From assembly GCA_030650425.1 (NCBI GenBank), contig JAUSED010000005.1, forward strand, positions 142,932 through 206,931: a stretch of DNA of 64,000 nucleotides. The letters are read 5' to 3'. The stretch is from Candidatus Omnitrophota bacterium (GTDB lineage: Bacteria > Omnitrophota > Gorgyraeia > Gygaellales > Profunditerraquicolaceae). Position numbers and translations under genes: made by a program. Below, in pieces: positions 37,542 through 46,632 of the stretch; the first letter of the stretch is position 1, and the number at the start of each line of letters is the position of its first letter. The notes beneath the pieces were generated by a model, which did not search any database, was not told the origin of the DNA, and worked only from the letters and a program-made list of their open reading frames with translations.

Positions 37542-39130
37542 TACGCAAAGATTCAATACTTTATTTATATATAATTTGTATTTTGGCATTATTCCATAAT
37601 TTATGCTTCGCAAAAACTCCTGAAGAATTAACCAAGTGTATCTGCGAAGGGAAGGCCGGTGAGCTCGCCTGCCTTGAAGAATTAAAGAATACTTCTTTCG
37701 AAAATAATAAATATGCTGATTTCGCGGAATTATTGAAAGGCCTTTGTCCTGAGAATAAAGCAATTGAGCCGGCAATCGATTATTATCTAGCCTTGACCCG
37801 TTCCTCCCAGCTTAAATATTTGGAAGATACCAAGAGTTGGGATGAGTATTTCGCTAAAGGCAATGATTACCGCGATGATCTTGTAAAAAGCGCGCAAAAA
37901 GCAATAAGCCTGACCACGACCAGGAACGCGCTTAATATTAATTCAAAACTTTTGTTATATCAATTTTACAAAGACCAGATGTCAGCTTCCAGCGATACTA
38001 TTTTAGCTGATTTAATCTGGTCGGTTGGTGAATACAGCCAGTCAGGTAATGATATCAATACGATTAAGGTGGTAGCGGATAAGCTGGTTGGCTATAATGA
38101 AAAAGGAAAAGCAAAAGAGCTATATAAGATTTATGCCCGGAAGCTGGCCGGTTCAGAGGTAAAAGACGCGGAGTTAAAAAATATCGCGGCCGGCTTTTAC
38201 AAAGAGGGAAATCTCGAGCTATCCGAAAGTATTTATGATATTTACATTGAAAGAATTTCTACAAGGCCGGCTAAAGGGAAATTACCTCCGGAGTTAATCA
38301 ATATTGCCAAAGATTTTACTTATAGGGACGCCGGCTCGAGCGACCCGTTTTATGCCGAAAAGGTCTTTAAAAAGATAGAAGAAATAGGAGGGAAAAAAGC
38401 TTTTGACGAGAGCTTAATCTATTTGCGCGGCTTCAACTTAGAGAAAGTCAAGGCCTTTGCTCAGGCCAGAGAGATCTATATCGATTTACTAAAAACTTTT
38501 CCCGTCACCCTTCATGCGGATGAGCTTACTTATAAAATCGGCGTTATTTCTATTTATGTGTTAAGGGATCTTAAATCAGGGAGGGATTATTTTGAGCAGC
38601 TTGTTCAAAAGCCCGTTGTTTCATCTTATGTTTTGGCTGGTTTATACCAGTTAGGCTTATTAAAACAGTGGGAAGAGGCCTTAGCCCAAGCCAAAGAATA
38701 TTATAATCTAATATTGGCGAAAGCCGGCGAGACCGATCCGGAAAGAGCGGCCCTTACCCGGGAAAGATTGAATGAGCTAGAGCAGAATAAGCCTCTCGAC
38801 TATAACGTAAAACTAGGGCTGGATACAGCCTTAAAAGAAGAATTCGTCAATTTAGATATGAGTAAATTAAGCCTGAAATCCAGCGACTACCTGCCGGAGA
38901 AAGACAAAGAGGTTAATATTTCCTCTACCTCATCTTTAGGCCCCACCGGCTGCCTGCAGGTGGAATTACAGTATTTGTGGTCAGGCGATTTGGGAAGCGC
39001 AAAGCCTCTATCGACCCAATCTGAATTCCCAACCACTTATAAAACAGCGGGTACCAAGGTTATGGTTATGGTTTTAGTCGCGCCAGAAGGGATCATTGAA
39101 CGCGGCATTGACCTGATTGACGCGCATTAA
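37538..39130 (+). CDS. Secreted TPR-repeat protein
   Basis: Signal peptide; TPR-like AREIYIDLLKTFP, YQLGLL..AKEYY. Confidence 0.7.
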   Translation: MIRKDSILYLYIICILALFHNLCFAKTPEELTKCICEGKAGELACLEELKNTSFENNKYADFAELLKGLCPENKAIEPAIDYYLALTRSSQLKYLEDTKSWDEYFAKGNDYRDDLVKSAQKAISLTTTRNALNINSKLLLYQFYKDQMSASSDTILADLIWSVGEYSQSGNDINTIKVVADKLVGYNEKGKAKELYKIYARKLAGSEVKDAELKNIAAGFYKEGNLELSESIYDIYIERISTRPAKGKLPPELINIAKDFTYRDAGSSDPFYAEKVFKKIEEIGGKKAFDESLIYLRGFNLEKVKAFAQAREIYIDLLKTFPVTLHADELTYKIGVISIYVLRDLKSGRDYFEQLVQKPVVSSYVLAGLYQLGLLKQWEEALAQAKEYYNLILAKAGETDPERAALTRERLNELEQNKPLDYNVKLGLDTALKEEFVNLDMSKLSLKSSDYLPEKDKEVNISSTSSLGPTGCLQVELQYLWSGDLGSAKPLSTQSEFPTTYKTAGTKVMVMVLVAPEGIIERGIDLIDAH

Positions 39131-39200
39131 ACGCTTGACTTATAATCTGATTGGTTGTATAAATAAATGATAATAATCATAGAGAAAAGGATTTTGACTG

Positions 39201-40433
39201 ATGCGTGACGTTGACTTACAAAAGGAAATCTTAAGCGAAAAAGAAAAACGTAATATTGAGATTCTGGATATTTTAAGGAAGCGCGGGCCGATCAGCCGGC
39301 CGGATATTTCGCGGGATATGGGGATAAATGTAGTAACCATATCCAGCTGCATTGATGAATTCATCAAACATAACCTGGTCTTTGAAAAAGAGCTGGATGT
39401 TTCCGAGGGAGGGAGGAGGCCTGTCCTGTTAGATTTAAATCCTCGGGCGGGCTTTGTCGTCGGGGTAGGATTGAACCTGATGAATATGGTCGGGCTGTTG
39501 GTGGATTTTAAAGGGAATATTATTACCAAGACGCAGAATCCCCGTCCCCGGACTTCGGTGAAAGAGATCTCTGAGAGTGTTTTAGATATAGTGCGCGAAA
39601 TATTACGGCGCTCAAAAGAATATACCGCCAATATCCACGGTATCGGAGTTGGGATAGCCGGCTTGGTTAATAAAAAGAACGGGATGATCCACTGGCCGCA
39701 GAAGACCGATCACTATTATACCTACGCTTCGATAGATGTGCCGTTAAGGGGGTTGATGGAAAAAGAATTTAATCTGCCTACCCTGGTTGAGAATGACGCT
39801 ACCAGCGCTTGTTTCGGAGAACATTGGTTGAATCTGGGGCAGGATTATAAAAATGTTCTCTATATGTTTTCCGGAGTCGGATGCGGCATCATGATTAACG
39901 GAGAGATTTACCGCGGGGCGCAAGGGTTTGCCGGAGAAACCTCTATTTATAATTATAAAGAGCAGGATGATTTTAATTGTAAGGCCGGTGCTCCTTGTTT
40001 TTTAAAACGCTGGGATATAGATTTAGGAATTGTCGAAGAGGTAAAGAAGGATTTACTGCAAGACCGGGAAAAAGCTGAGGAGTTTTCTAAGTTGACGCGG
40101 ATGCCTTTAGAGAGTATAGATTTAAAAAATGTTCTTACCGCTGCCAGAATGCAGAATAGCATAGCCTCTGGCGCTTTAGAGAGGGCTGCCAAAAGACTGG
40201 GAATTAAAATCGCTGGTTTAGTGAACCTGCTTAATCCCGAAGTGGTGGTTATCGGCGGAGGATTAGAAGAGGCAGGGGATGAGTTTTTAAGGAAGGTAAC
40301 TTCCACGGTAAAAGATTGGTCATTTAGGGAGTCGGTCGAAGATTTAAAGGTAATCTACTCCCAGTTAAGGGAAAATGCGGTTGCTTTAGGGGCGGCAAGC
40401 TTGGTCATGCAGAGGATTTTTGCGCAGGTTTAA
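39201..40433 (+). CDS. ROK-family transcriptional regulator
   Basis: N-terminal HTH (GPISRPDIS), GGRRP, GIGVGIAG, VENDA, GVGCGI, NLLNPEVVVIGG. Confidence 0.9.
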   Translation: MRDVDLQKEILSEKEKRNIEILDILRKRGPISRPDISRDMGINVVTISSCIDEFIKHNLVFEKELDVSEGGRRPVLLDLNPRAGFVVGVGLNLMNMVGLLVDFKGNIITKTQNPRPRTSVKEISESVLDIVREILRRSKEYTANIHGIGVGIAGLVNKKNGMIHWPQKTDHYYTYASIDVPLRGLMEKEFNLPTLVENDATSACFGEHWLNLGQDYKNVLYMFSGVGCGIMINGEIYRGAQGFAGETSIYNYKEQDDFNCKAGAPCFLKRWDIDLGIVEEVKKDLLQDREKAEEFSKLTRMPLESIDLKNVLTAARMQNSIASGALERAAKRLGIKIAGLVNLLNPEVVVIGGGLEEAGDEFLRKVTSTVKDWSFRESVEDLKVIYSQLRENAVALGAASLVMQRIFAQV

Positions 40434-40502
40434 GTTAATCCGCCCCGCCTTTGGCGGGGCTAATTCGTCCCGACTTTACGCAGGGACTCATTAGGAGGAT
40501 CA

Positions 40503-41675
40503 ATGGAACAGAAGGCAAAGTTTATTATCATCGGACTTGCCATATTTACGTTAGCCTGTCTTTTTCTTTTTGTCCAGGCATTTAACGCCAAGCAAGATTT
40601 AACGCGCGAGAGGGATGACCTAAAAACTGAGAATACCACCCTTAATAGCAAAGTGGATAAGCTGACTGTTTCTTTGCGCAGCTATGAGAGTAGGATCACT
40701 TCGTTGACTAAAGACCTTGAAGAAGCCTCCCACCAGAAAGAAGACTTAGAAAAAAAATATGCTGAGGTAAGCAAGGCCAAAGATGATCTGGTAAAGAAAT
40801 TAACAGAGCAGGCCAGCCGAATAGAATCTTCATCTCAGGCTATCGTTCAAGAATCCCCCCTCCCTCTGAGTAATGACGCTTATTGGGCGGAGGTGTTAAA
40901 AAGAAAGGGTGAGCTGGAATTACAGTTATCCGGTTTACGGGATGATTTTAAATCATTGCAGATAACCAATGAGCAGGCGCAAAGGGAGAAGAGCAACCTT
41001 GAGCTAGACTTTAATAACTTGAAACGCGAGAACGCGGACCTGAAGCGGCAGATTGATTACAATCAGAAAATATCTGACAGCATTGCCCAAGAATTAGTCA
41101 GGGAGAAGAACGATAAGGCCCAGATTCAGGGCGGTTATAAGACGGTGAGAAATGAAAATGCCTCCTTGAGCCGGGGGTTGCGGAGCCTTACTGTACGCAA
41201 GGTCAGTTTGGAGCAAAAGATTCAAGAGCTTCAGAGAAGCAAGGGAGAACTAGAGCACAGGCTTTCTGAAATGGAGACGATGTTAACCCAAGGAGTGGCG
41301 CAGATAAGCGGGATTCAACAGCGGATCGATGATATCAAGGGCCAAAGCAAAAACGCGGAAGATACAAAAACAGGGAAAAAGGAATCAGTAGAACTTCCGG
41401 CGATCGTGGTCAGGCCGCAGATTGAGGCGGCCAATAGGCCGGGAAATATCGATAGTAGTTCAATGGGAAAAGTTTTGGCGGTAAATAGAGATAATAATTT
41501 CGTAATTATAAATTTGGGCCAGGACACAGGCTTAAAAGCAGGAGATAGCCTTAAGGTTTATAGGGGAGAAAGGGCTATTGCCGGTATCGAAGCGATTCAA
41601 GTAAGGCAAGATATCGCTGCCTGTGATATCAAGAAAGAAGCCGATCCGATTAAAATCGGCGACTCGGTTAAATAA
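40503..41675 (+). CDS. Membrane-anchored coiled-coil protein with a C-terminal beta domain
   Basis: N-terminal TM, long heptad region, GKVLAVN..FVIINLG..GL. Confidence 0.7.
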   Translation: MEQKAKFIIIGLAIFTLACLFLFVQAFNAKQDLTRERDDLKTENTTLNSKVDKLTVSLRSYESRITSLTKDLEEASHQKEDLEKKYAEVSKAKDDLVKKLTEQASRIESSSQAIVQESPLPLSNDAYWAEVLKRKGELELQLSGLRDDFKSLQITNEQAQREKSNLELDFNNLKRENADLKRQIDYNQKISDSIAQELVREKNDKAQIQGGYKTVRNENASLSRGLRSLTVRKVSLEQKIQELQRSKGELEHRLSEMETMLTQGVAQISGIQQRIDDIKGQSKNAEDTKTGKKESVELPAIVVRPQIEAANRPGNIDSSSMGKVLAVNRDNNFVIINLGQDTGLKAGDSLKVYRGERAIAGIEAIQVRQDIAACDIKKEADPIKIGDSVK

Positions 41676-41698
41676 TTCCAAACCGTTTTCCTTTATAA

Positions 41699-42724
41699 AT
41701 GACACGCACTAAAAAATCCCCCTCCAAGAATAAATCAATTGATGATGTCGCCCGCCTCGCCGGAGTTTCTATTACTACCGTTTCACGCGTAATCAATAAG
41801 GTAGGCGCGGTAAAAGAAAAAAACCGGGCCAAGGTAATGGATGCCGTCAAAGAATTAAAATTCGAGCCTTCGATATTCGCCCAACGTTTGGCTACGGGTA
41901 AGAGTAATGTCGTTGCCTTGCTCATTCCCCGCTATGAAGGAGTGTTTTATTCATTTTACGCCCTGGAATTAATCCGGGCAACCGGAACGCTTTGTGAGGC
42001 CTTTAAGCTGGATCTCTTGCTGCATTTAACCGATAGCCGCCCAAAGAGCGGGCTTAACTTAAGAGGGGTGGGCGGGGTAATCTTTTCGGATATTATCGGT
42101 ACCCGCTATCAAGTCGAAGAAGCCTTAAAGATGGGGTTGCCCTGCGTAGTGATCAATAATTACGTCGATGATTTACCGGTGAGTTGTGTCGCTATTGATA
42201 ATTTAGGCGGAGCTAAAAGCGCGGTTAATTATTTGGTTAGCTTAGGCCATAAAAGAATAGCGCATATAAGCGGTGACGTGACTACGCAGGCCGCGGAAAA
42301 AAGGCTGGAAGGTTACCTTGAAGCGCTCAAGGAAAACCGGATTGCGCTAAATGAAGGTTACATCTTGAAAACAGATTATTCGCGGGGACAGGCGCGTCAG
42401 GCTTCGGAAAAATTATTTAGAATGCCCGAACCTCCCACTGCCGTGTTTGTAGCCTCTGATTCTATGGCCCTTGAGGTAATGGCAGTGGCCAGAGAATTAG
42501 GAAAAAATATCCCCGCGGATTTATCGATTGTGGGTTTTGACGACAACCCATCCGGGTTATATGGCCCGGTGGCTTTAACCACCATAAGGCAGCCGCTCCT
42601 TAAGATGGCCGAAGAAGGAGTTAAGGAATTAAATCGTTTAATGAATGCTAAAAAAGGGACAGCGGTTAAAAAGATTACTCTTCCGACGGAACTAGTGGTG
42701 CGCGAATCCTGCCGGACACTTTAA
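41699..42724 (+). CDS. LacI-family transcriptional regulator
   Basis: SIDDVARLAGVSITTVSRVIN; DLSIVGFDD; LTTIRQP. Confidence 0.95.
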   Translation: MTRTKKSPSKNKSIDDVARLAGVSITTVSRVINKVGAVKEKNRAKVMDAVKELKFEPSIFAQRLATGKSNVVALLIPRYEGVFYSFYALELIRATGTLCEAFKLDLLLHLTDSRPKSGLNLRGVGGVIFSDIIGTRYQVEEALKMGLPCVVINNYVDDLPVSCVAIDNLGGAKSAVNYLVSLGHKRIAHISGDVTTQAAEKRLEGYLEALKENRIALNEGYILKTDYSRGQARQASEKLFRMPEPPTAVFVASDSMALEVMAVARELGKNIPADLSIVGFDDNPSGLYGPVALTTIRQPLLKMAEEGVKELNRLMNAKKGTAVKKITLPTELVVRESCRTL

Positions 42725-42734
42725 ATAAGTTTTA

Positions 42735-42819
42735 ACACAATCCATTGTATAAATTAAATATCGACTACACAATATATTGTAATTTTTTGTTGACAAGTAG
42801 CAGGAACGCGTGATAGAAT
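42735..42819 (+). promoter_or_regulatory. Tandem NrdR boxes and sigma70 promoter of nrdJ
   Basis: acacaatccattgtat (42735) and acacaatatattgtaa (42767), 32 bp apart; TTGACA (42790), 18 bp, TAGAAT (42814). Confidence 0.8.
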
Positions 42820-42862
42820 TTCCTGTCGAAAGTAAACCGGACTTTTAATAAGGAGCAGTCAG

Positions 42863-45175
42863 ATGAATGTAAAATTATCCGATAACGCGTTAAAGGTATT
42901 ACAGAGAAGATACCTTAAAAAAGATGAAGCGGGTAAGGTTATTGAAACTCCTGAAGAAATGTTCAGGCGCGTTGCTTCGGCAATAGCCGTAGCGGATAAG
43001 CTCTATGGTAAGAACGAAAAGGAGATTAAAGATTTAGAAGATCATTTTTATCGGATGATGACGGCGTTGGAATTCCTCCCTAATTCTCCCTGCCTGATGA
43101 ATGCCGGTAAAGAGATGGCTCAGTTGAGCGCTTGTTTTGTCCTTCCTATTGAAGACTCAATGGAATCTATTTTTGAAAGCTTAAAAATCACGGCGATGAT
43201 CCATAAATCCGGCGGCGGTACGGGATTTTCTTTTTCCCGCCTTCGCCCGAAGAACGCCGTGGTTAAGACTACTGGAGGGATTGCTTCCGGCCCGATATCT
43301 TTCATGCGCGTATATGATGCAGCGACAGAGGCGGTGAAACAGGGAGGAAGCAGACGCGGTGCGAATATGGGAATTTTAAGGGTAGACCATCCTGACATAT
43401 TGGAATTCATAACCTGCAAGGAGAACGATAAACACATTACAAATTTTAATATCTCGGTGACCATTACAGATGACTTTATAAATAAACTGGAAAAGAACGA
43501 AGATTATGATTTGATTGACCCGCGCACGCAGAAGGTTGTAAGAAGGCTTAATACAAAAACAGTCTTTGATTTAGTAGTTAAGCAGGCGCATAAGAATGGC
43601 GAGCCAGGAGTTATCTTTATTGACCGGATGAATGAATTTAATCCGACGCCTAAGTTAGGAAAGTTTGAAGCGACCAATCCGTGCGGTGAGCAAAATCTTT
43701 TGCCTTATGAAAGCTGCGACCTGGGTTCTATAAATTTAGCGCGGCTGTATAAAAAGATTAATAATAGGTATGAGATTGACTGGGATAAGTTAAAGGAAGT
43801 TACGCATCTGGCCGTGCATTTTCTGGATAATCTAATCGACGTAAACAAGTTCCCTATGCCTCAGATCGAGAAGGCAACCAAGGCGACCCGTAAAATCGGA
43901 CTTGGCGTAATGGGTTGGGCAAGTTTATTGATCCGCCTGAATATACCTTATAATAGCGATGAGGCAGTGGCTTTGGCAGAAAAGGTAATGTCGTTTATCT
44001 TGAAAGAATCAACCAAGAAATCTCTGGAGCTAGGTAAATCTAAAGGCACATTCCCGGCATTTAAGGGGAGTATCTATGATAAAAAAGATGGGCTAACCAA
44101 GATGCGTAATGCTACCTTAACCACTATCGCGCCTACCGGTACGATCAGTATCATTGCCGGGCCTTGTTCTTCGGGTATTGAACCTTTGTTTGCCATATCT
44201 TATTACCGCAATGTTATGGATAACGATAAATTAGTCGAGGTCGAGCCGTTATTTGAGGAAGTAGCTAAAGATAGGGGTTTCTATAGCCGCGAGTTGATGG
44301 AAAAGATCGCCGAGAGCGGCTCGCTTCAGCATATCGAAGGCGTGCCCGAAGACGTAAAGAGGATCTTTGTCACCGCGCATGACATAGCTCCCGAATGGCA
44401 CGTGCGTATGCAGGCTGCTTTTCAGAAATATGTGCATAATGCCACCTCCAAGACGATCAACTTTCCTCACGATGCTACGGTGGAAGATGTACGTAAGGCT
44501 TATTTATTGGCTTATCAATTAGACTGCAAAGGGATAACCGTTTATCGCGACAAATCCCGTGAAGAGCAAGTTTTAAATATCGGCAGCTCTGGCCAGAAAA
44601 AGGAGGCATTAGTCCAAAACGCCCCTCTATCGGATTTTAAAAAAGAGATCGCTCCCCGTCCGCGTCCGGAAGTAATCATCGGGACGACGACCAAGGTAGC
44701 CACGGGCTGCGGTAATCTTTACGTTACCATAAATGTGGATGAAGAAGGCAATCCCTTTGAATTATTTACCCAAATGGGTAAGGCAGGTGGTTGCGCCGCT
44801 TCTCAACTTGAGGCGTTGGGCCGTTTGGTTTCGTTGAGTTTTCGCGCCGGGGTCGAGGTTAAATCGATTATGGAACAATTACGTAATATTCGCTGCCCTT
44901 CACCCTCGTGGGAAAAGGGACAGCGTATATTTTCTTGCGCTGATGCCATTGCCCGCGTGGTGGAAAGAAGATTAGTGAATAATCAAGCAGCCAAAGCAGC
45001 TTTAGAGAGTACGCCTGTGGCGATGAAACACGCGCATAACGATGAACCGGCTATTACTGACATAAGTAGTGGCTCGCGAGGGGATATTGTGGGAGTTTGT
45101 CCTGATTGCGGGGGCGCGCTGCGTCATGAAGAAGGCTGTATGAAATGTCATGCGTGTGGATTCTCTAAGTGCTAG
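42863..45175 (+). CDS. nrdJ: Class II (B12-dependent) ribonucleotide reductase with a C-terminal TSCPD/Zn-ribbon region
   Basis: QLSACFV, GGGTG, RRGANM, TNPCGEQ, TIAPTGT, SKTIN, C-terminal CPDC..CHAC. Confidence 0.9.
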   Translation: MNVKLSDNALKVLQRRYLKKDEAGKVIETPEEMFRRVASAIAVADKLYGKNEKEIKDLEDHFYRMMTALEFLPNSPCLMNAGKEMAQLSACFVLPIEDSMESIFESLKITAMIHKSGGGTGFSFSRLRPKNAVVKTTGGIASGPISFMRVYDAATEAVKQGGSRRGANMGILRVDHPDILEFITCKENDKHITNFNISVTITDDFINKLEKNEDYDLIDPRTQKVVRRLNTKTVFDLVVKQAHKNGEPGVIFIDRMNEFNPTPKLGKFEATNPCGEQNLLPYESCDLGSINLARLYKKINNRYEIDWDKLKEVTHLAVHFLDNLIDVNKFPMPQIEKATKATRKIGLGVMGWASLLIRLNIPYNSDEAVALAEKVMSFILKESTKKSLELGKSKGTFPAFKGSIYDKKDGLTKMRNATLTTIAPTGTISIIAGPCSSGIEPLFAISYYRNVMDNDKLVEVEPLFEEVAKDRGFYSRELMEKIAESGSLQHIEGVPEDVKRIFVTAHDIAPEWHVRMQAAFQKYVHNATSKTINFPHDATVEDVRKAYLLAYQLDCKGITVYRDKSREEQVLNIGSSGQKKEALVQNAPLSDFKKEIAPRPRPEVIIGTTTKVATGCGNLYVTINVDEEGNPFELFTQMGKAGGCAASQLEALGRLVSLSFRAGVEVKSIMEQLRNIRCPSPSWEKGQRIFSCADAIARVVERRLVNNQAAKAALESTPVAMKHAHNDEPAITDISSGSRGDIVGVCPDCGGALRHEEGCMKCHACGFSKC

Positions 45176-45234
45176 CGTATAGCGTAGAGCGGATAGCGGA
45201 TAGAAAAAACTAAACGCTATACGCTAAACGCTAA
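45173..45234. repeat. Heptamer-periodic inverted repeat tract
   Basis: (tagcgta/gagcgga)n ... (taaacgc/tatacgc)n. Confidence 0.7.
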
Positions 45235-45239
45235 AAATT

Positions 45240-46523
45240 ATGAAAAAGATACTCTATATAGTTTTAGATGGCCTAGGCGATCTGCCTATTAAAGAACTTA
45301 ACAATAAGACTCCGCTTGAGGCAGCGGTTACTCCGAATATGGATCGGCTGGCGCAAAAAGGGAAAACCGGGATTGTTTATCCCGTAGGAAAGGGAATCGC
45401 GCCTGAATCGGATATCGCGGTAATCAGTTTGCTTGGGTACGACGCGCATAAATATTATACTGGACGCGGCCCGTTAGAATCATTTGCCGAAGGCCTAGCC
45501 GTAAATGACGGAGATGTGGCTTTTCGGGTAAATTTTGCCACGGTTAGCGAAGACGGAAAAACCATTAGAGACAGGCGCGTAGGCAGAAATCTTACCAGCG
45601 AAGAAGCGGCTGGTTTAGCCAAAGAGATTAATGCCAAGGTTACTTTATCCAGCGCTACCTTTGAATTTAAGAGTACGATCGGCCATCGGGGTATTCTGGT
45701 GATTAGAGGGATGCACCAGAAATTATCCGGTTGGATTACTAATACTGACCCAGCGTATGATCGGGAGGGAGTATTCGGCGTAGCCAAAGAAAAATTTGAT
45801 AACTTAGCAGCAGTATCCGAACCTATGCCGGGATACGAAAATTCTCAGGAAGCTAAAGAAGCATCCAAACTGCTTAATGAATTTACCGAAAAATCGATTA
45901 AAGTTTTAAACGAGTCGGCAATCAATAAAAAGAGGGTTAGTGAGGCTAAGATGCCCGGTAATTTGATTCTCTCCCGCGATGCCGGAGACCATCTGCCAAA
46001 ATTTCCCCCTATTTCAAGTGTTTTCAATTTAAAATTCGGTTCATTTGTCGTGATGCCGGTGGAAAAAGGTATCGCCTTGCTTACCGGAATCGATATTATC
46101 GATGTGCCGCAGTCAAGCGGGCATCTGGATGTAGATTATCCTGTCTGGGCTAAGATCGCGCTGGAGTCCATCCAGAAATATGACGGAATTTATGTGCACA
46201 TTAAAGGCCCGGATGAACCGGCGCACGACGGAGATTTCCAAAAGAAGAAAGAGAGTATTGAGGCGATCGATAAATATTTTTTTACCAGCCTATTAAGTAA
46301 ATTAGACCTTGCTAATACGATTATCGCCATCACCGCGGATCACTCTACTGTCTGCAGCGTAAGAGCGCACACCGCTGACCCTGTTCCTTTGCTTGTTTGC
46401 GGCGGGAACATCAAAGCCGACGGCTCAATGAGTTTTTCCGAAAGGGCGGCTAAGCTTGGTTCGATCGGAGAAATGCTTGGCCGCGAAATCCTGCCTTACC
46501 TTGTAAAACTCGCTAAAGAATAA
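45240..46523 (+). CDS. apgM: Cofactor-independent phosphoglycerate mutase (archaeal type)
   Basis: LDGLGD, TPLEAA.TPNMD, PESD, YTGRGPLE, HIKGPDEPAHDG, TADHST. Confidence 0.85.
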   Translation: MKKILYIVLDGLGDLPIKELNNKTPLEAAVTPNMDRLAQKGKTGIVYPVGKGIAPESDIAVISLLGYDAHKYYTGRGPLESFAEGLAVNDGDVAFRVNFATVSEDGKTIRDRRVGRNLTSEEAAGLAKEINAKVTLSSATFEFKSTIGHRGILVIRGMHQKLSGWITNTDPAYDREGVFGVAKEKFDNLAAVSEPMPGYENSQEAKEASKLLNEFTEKSIKVLNESAINKKRVSEAKMPGNLILSRDAGDHLPKFPPISSVFNLKFGSFVVMPVEKGIALLTGIDIIDVPQSSGHLDVDYPVWAKIALESIQKYDGIYVHIKGPDEPAHDGDFQKKKESIEAIDKYFFTSLLSKLDLANTIIAITADHSTVCSVRAHTADPVPLLVCGGNIKADGSMSFSERAAKLGSIGEMLGREILPYLVKLAKE

Positions 46524-46528
46524 AATAT

Positions 46529-46630
46529 AGGGACCGTTTCTATTTTTTCATAATAGGGGACACTTTCCTACACGCGTTTACTATCTGCTGGAAAGTGTCC
46601 CCTGAAAGAAGAAAAATAGAACCGTCCCCT
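46529..46630. repeat. Nested REP-like palindromes
   Basis: agggaccgtttctattttt...aaaaatagaaccgtcccct encloses aggggacactttcc...ggaaagtgtcccct. Confidence 0.8.
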
Positions 46631-46632
46631 TT

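Noticed and set aside
41752-41763. ccgcctcgccgg in lacI resembling the junction motif
   Set aside because: Read in a different frame (ARLAG of the conserved HTH); chance match
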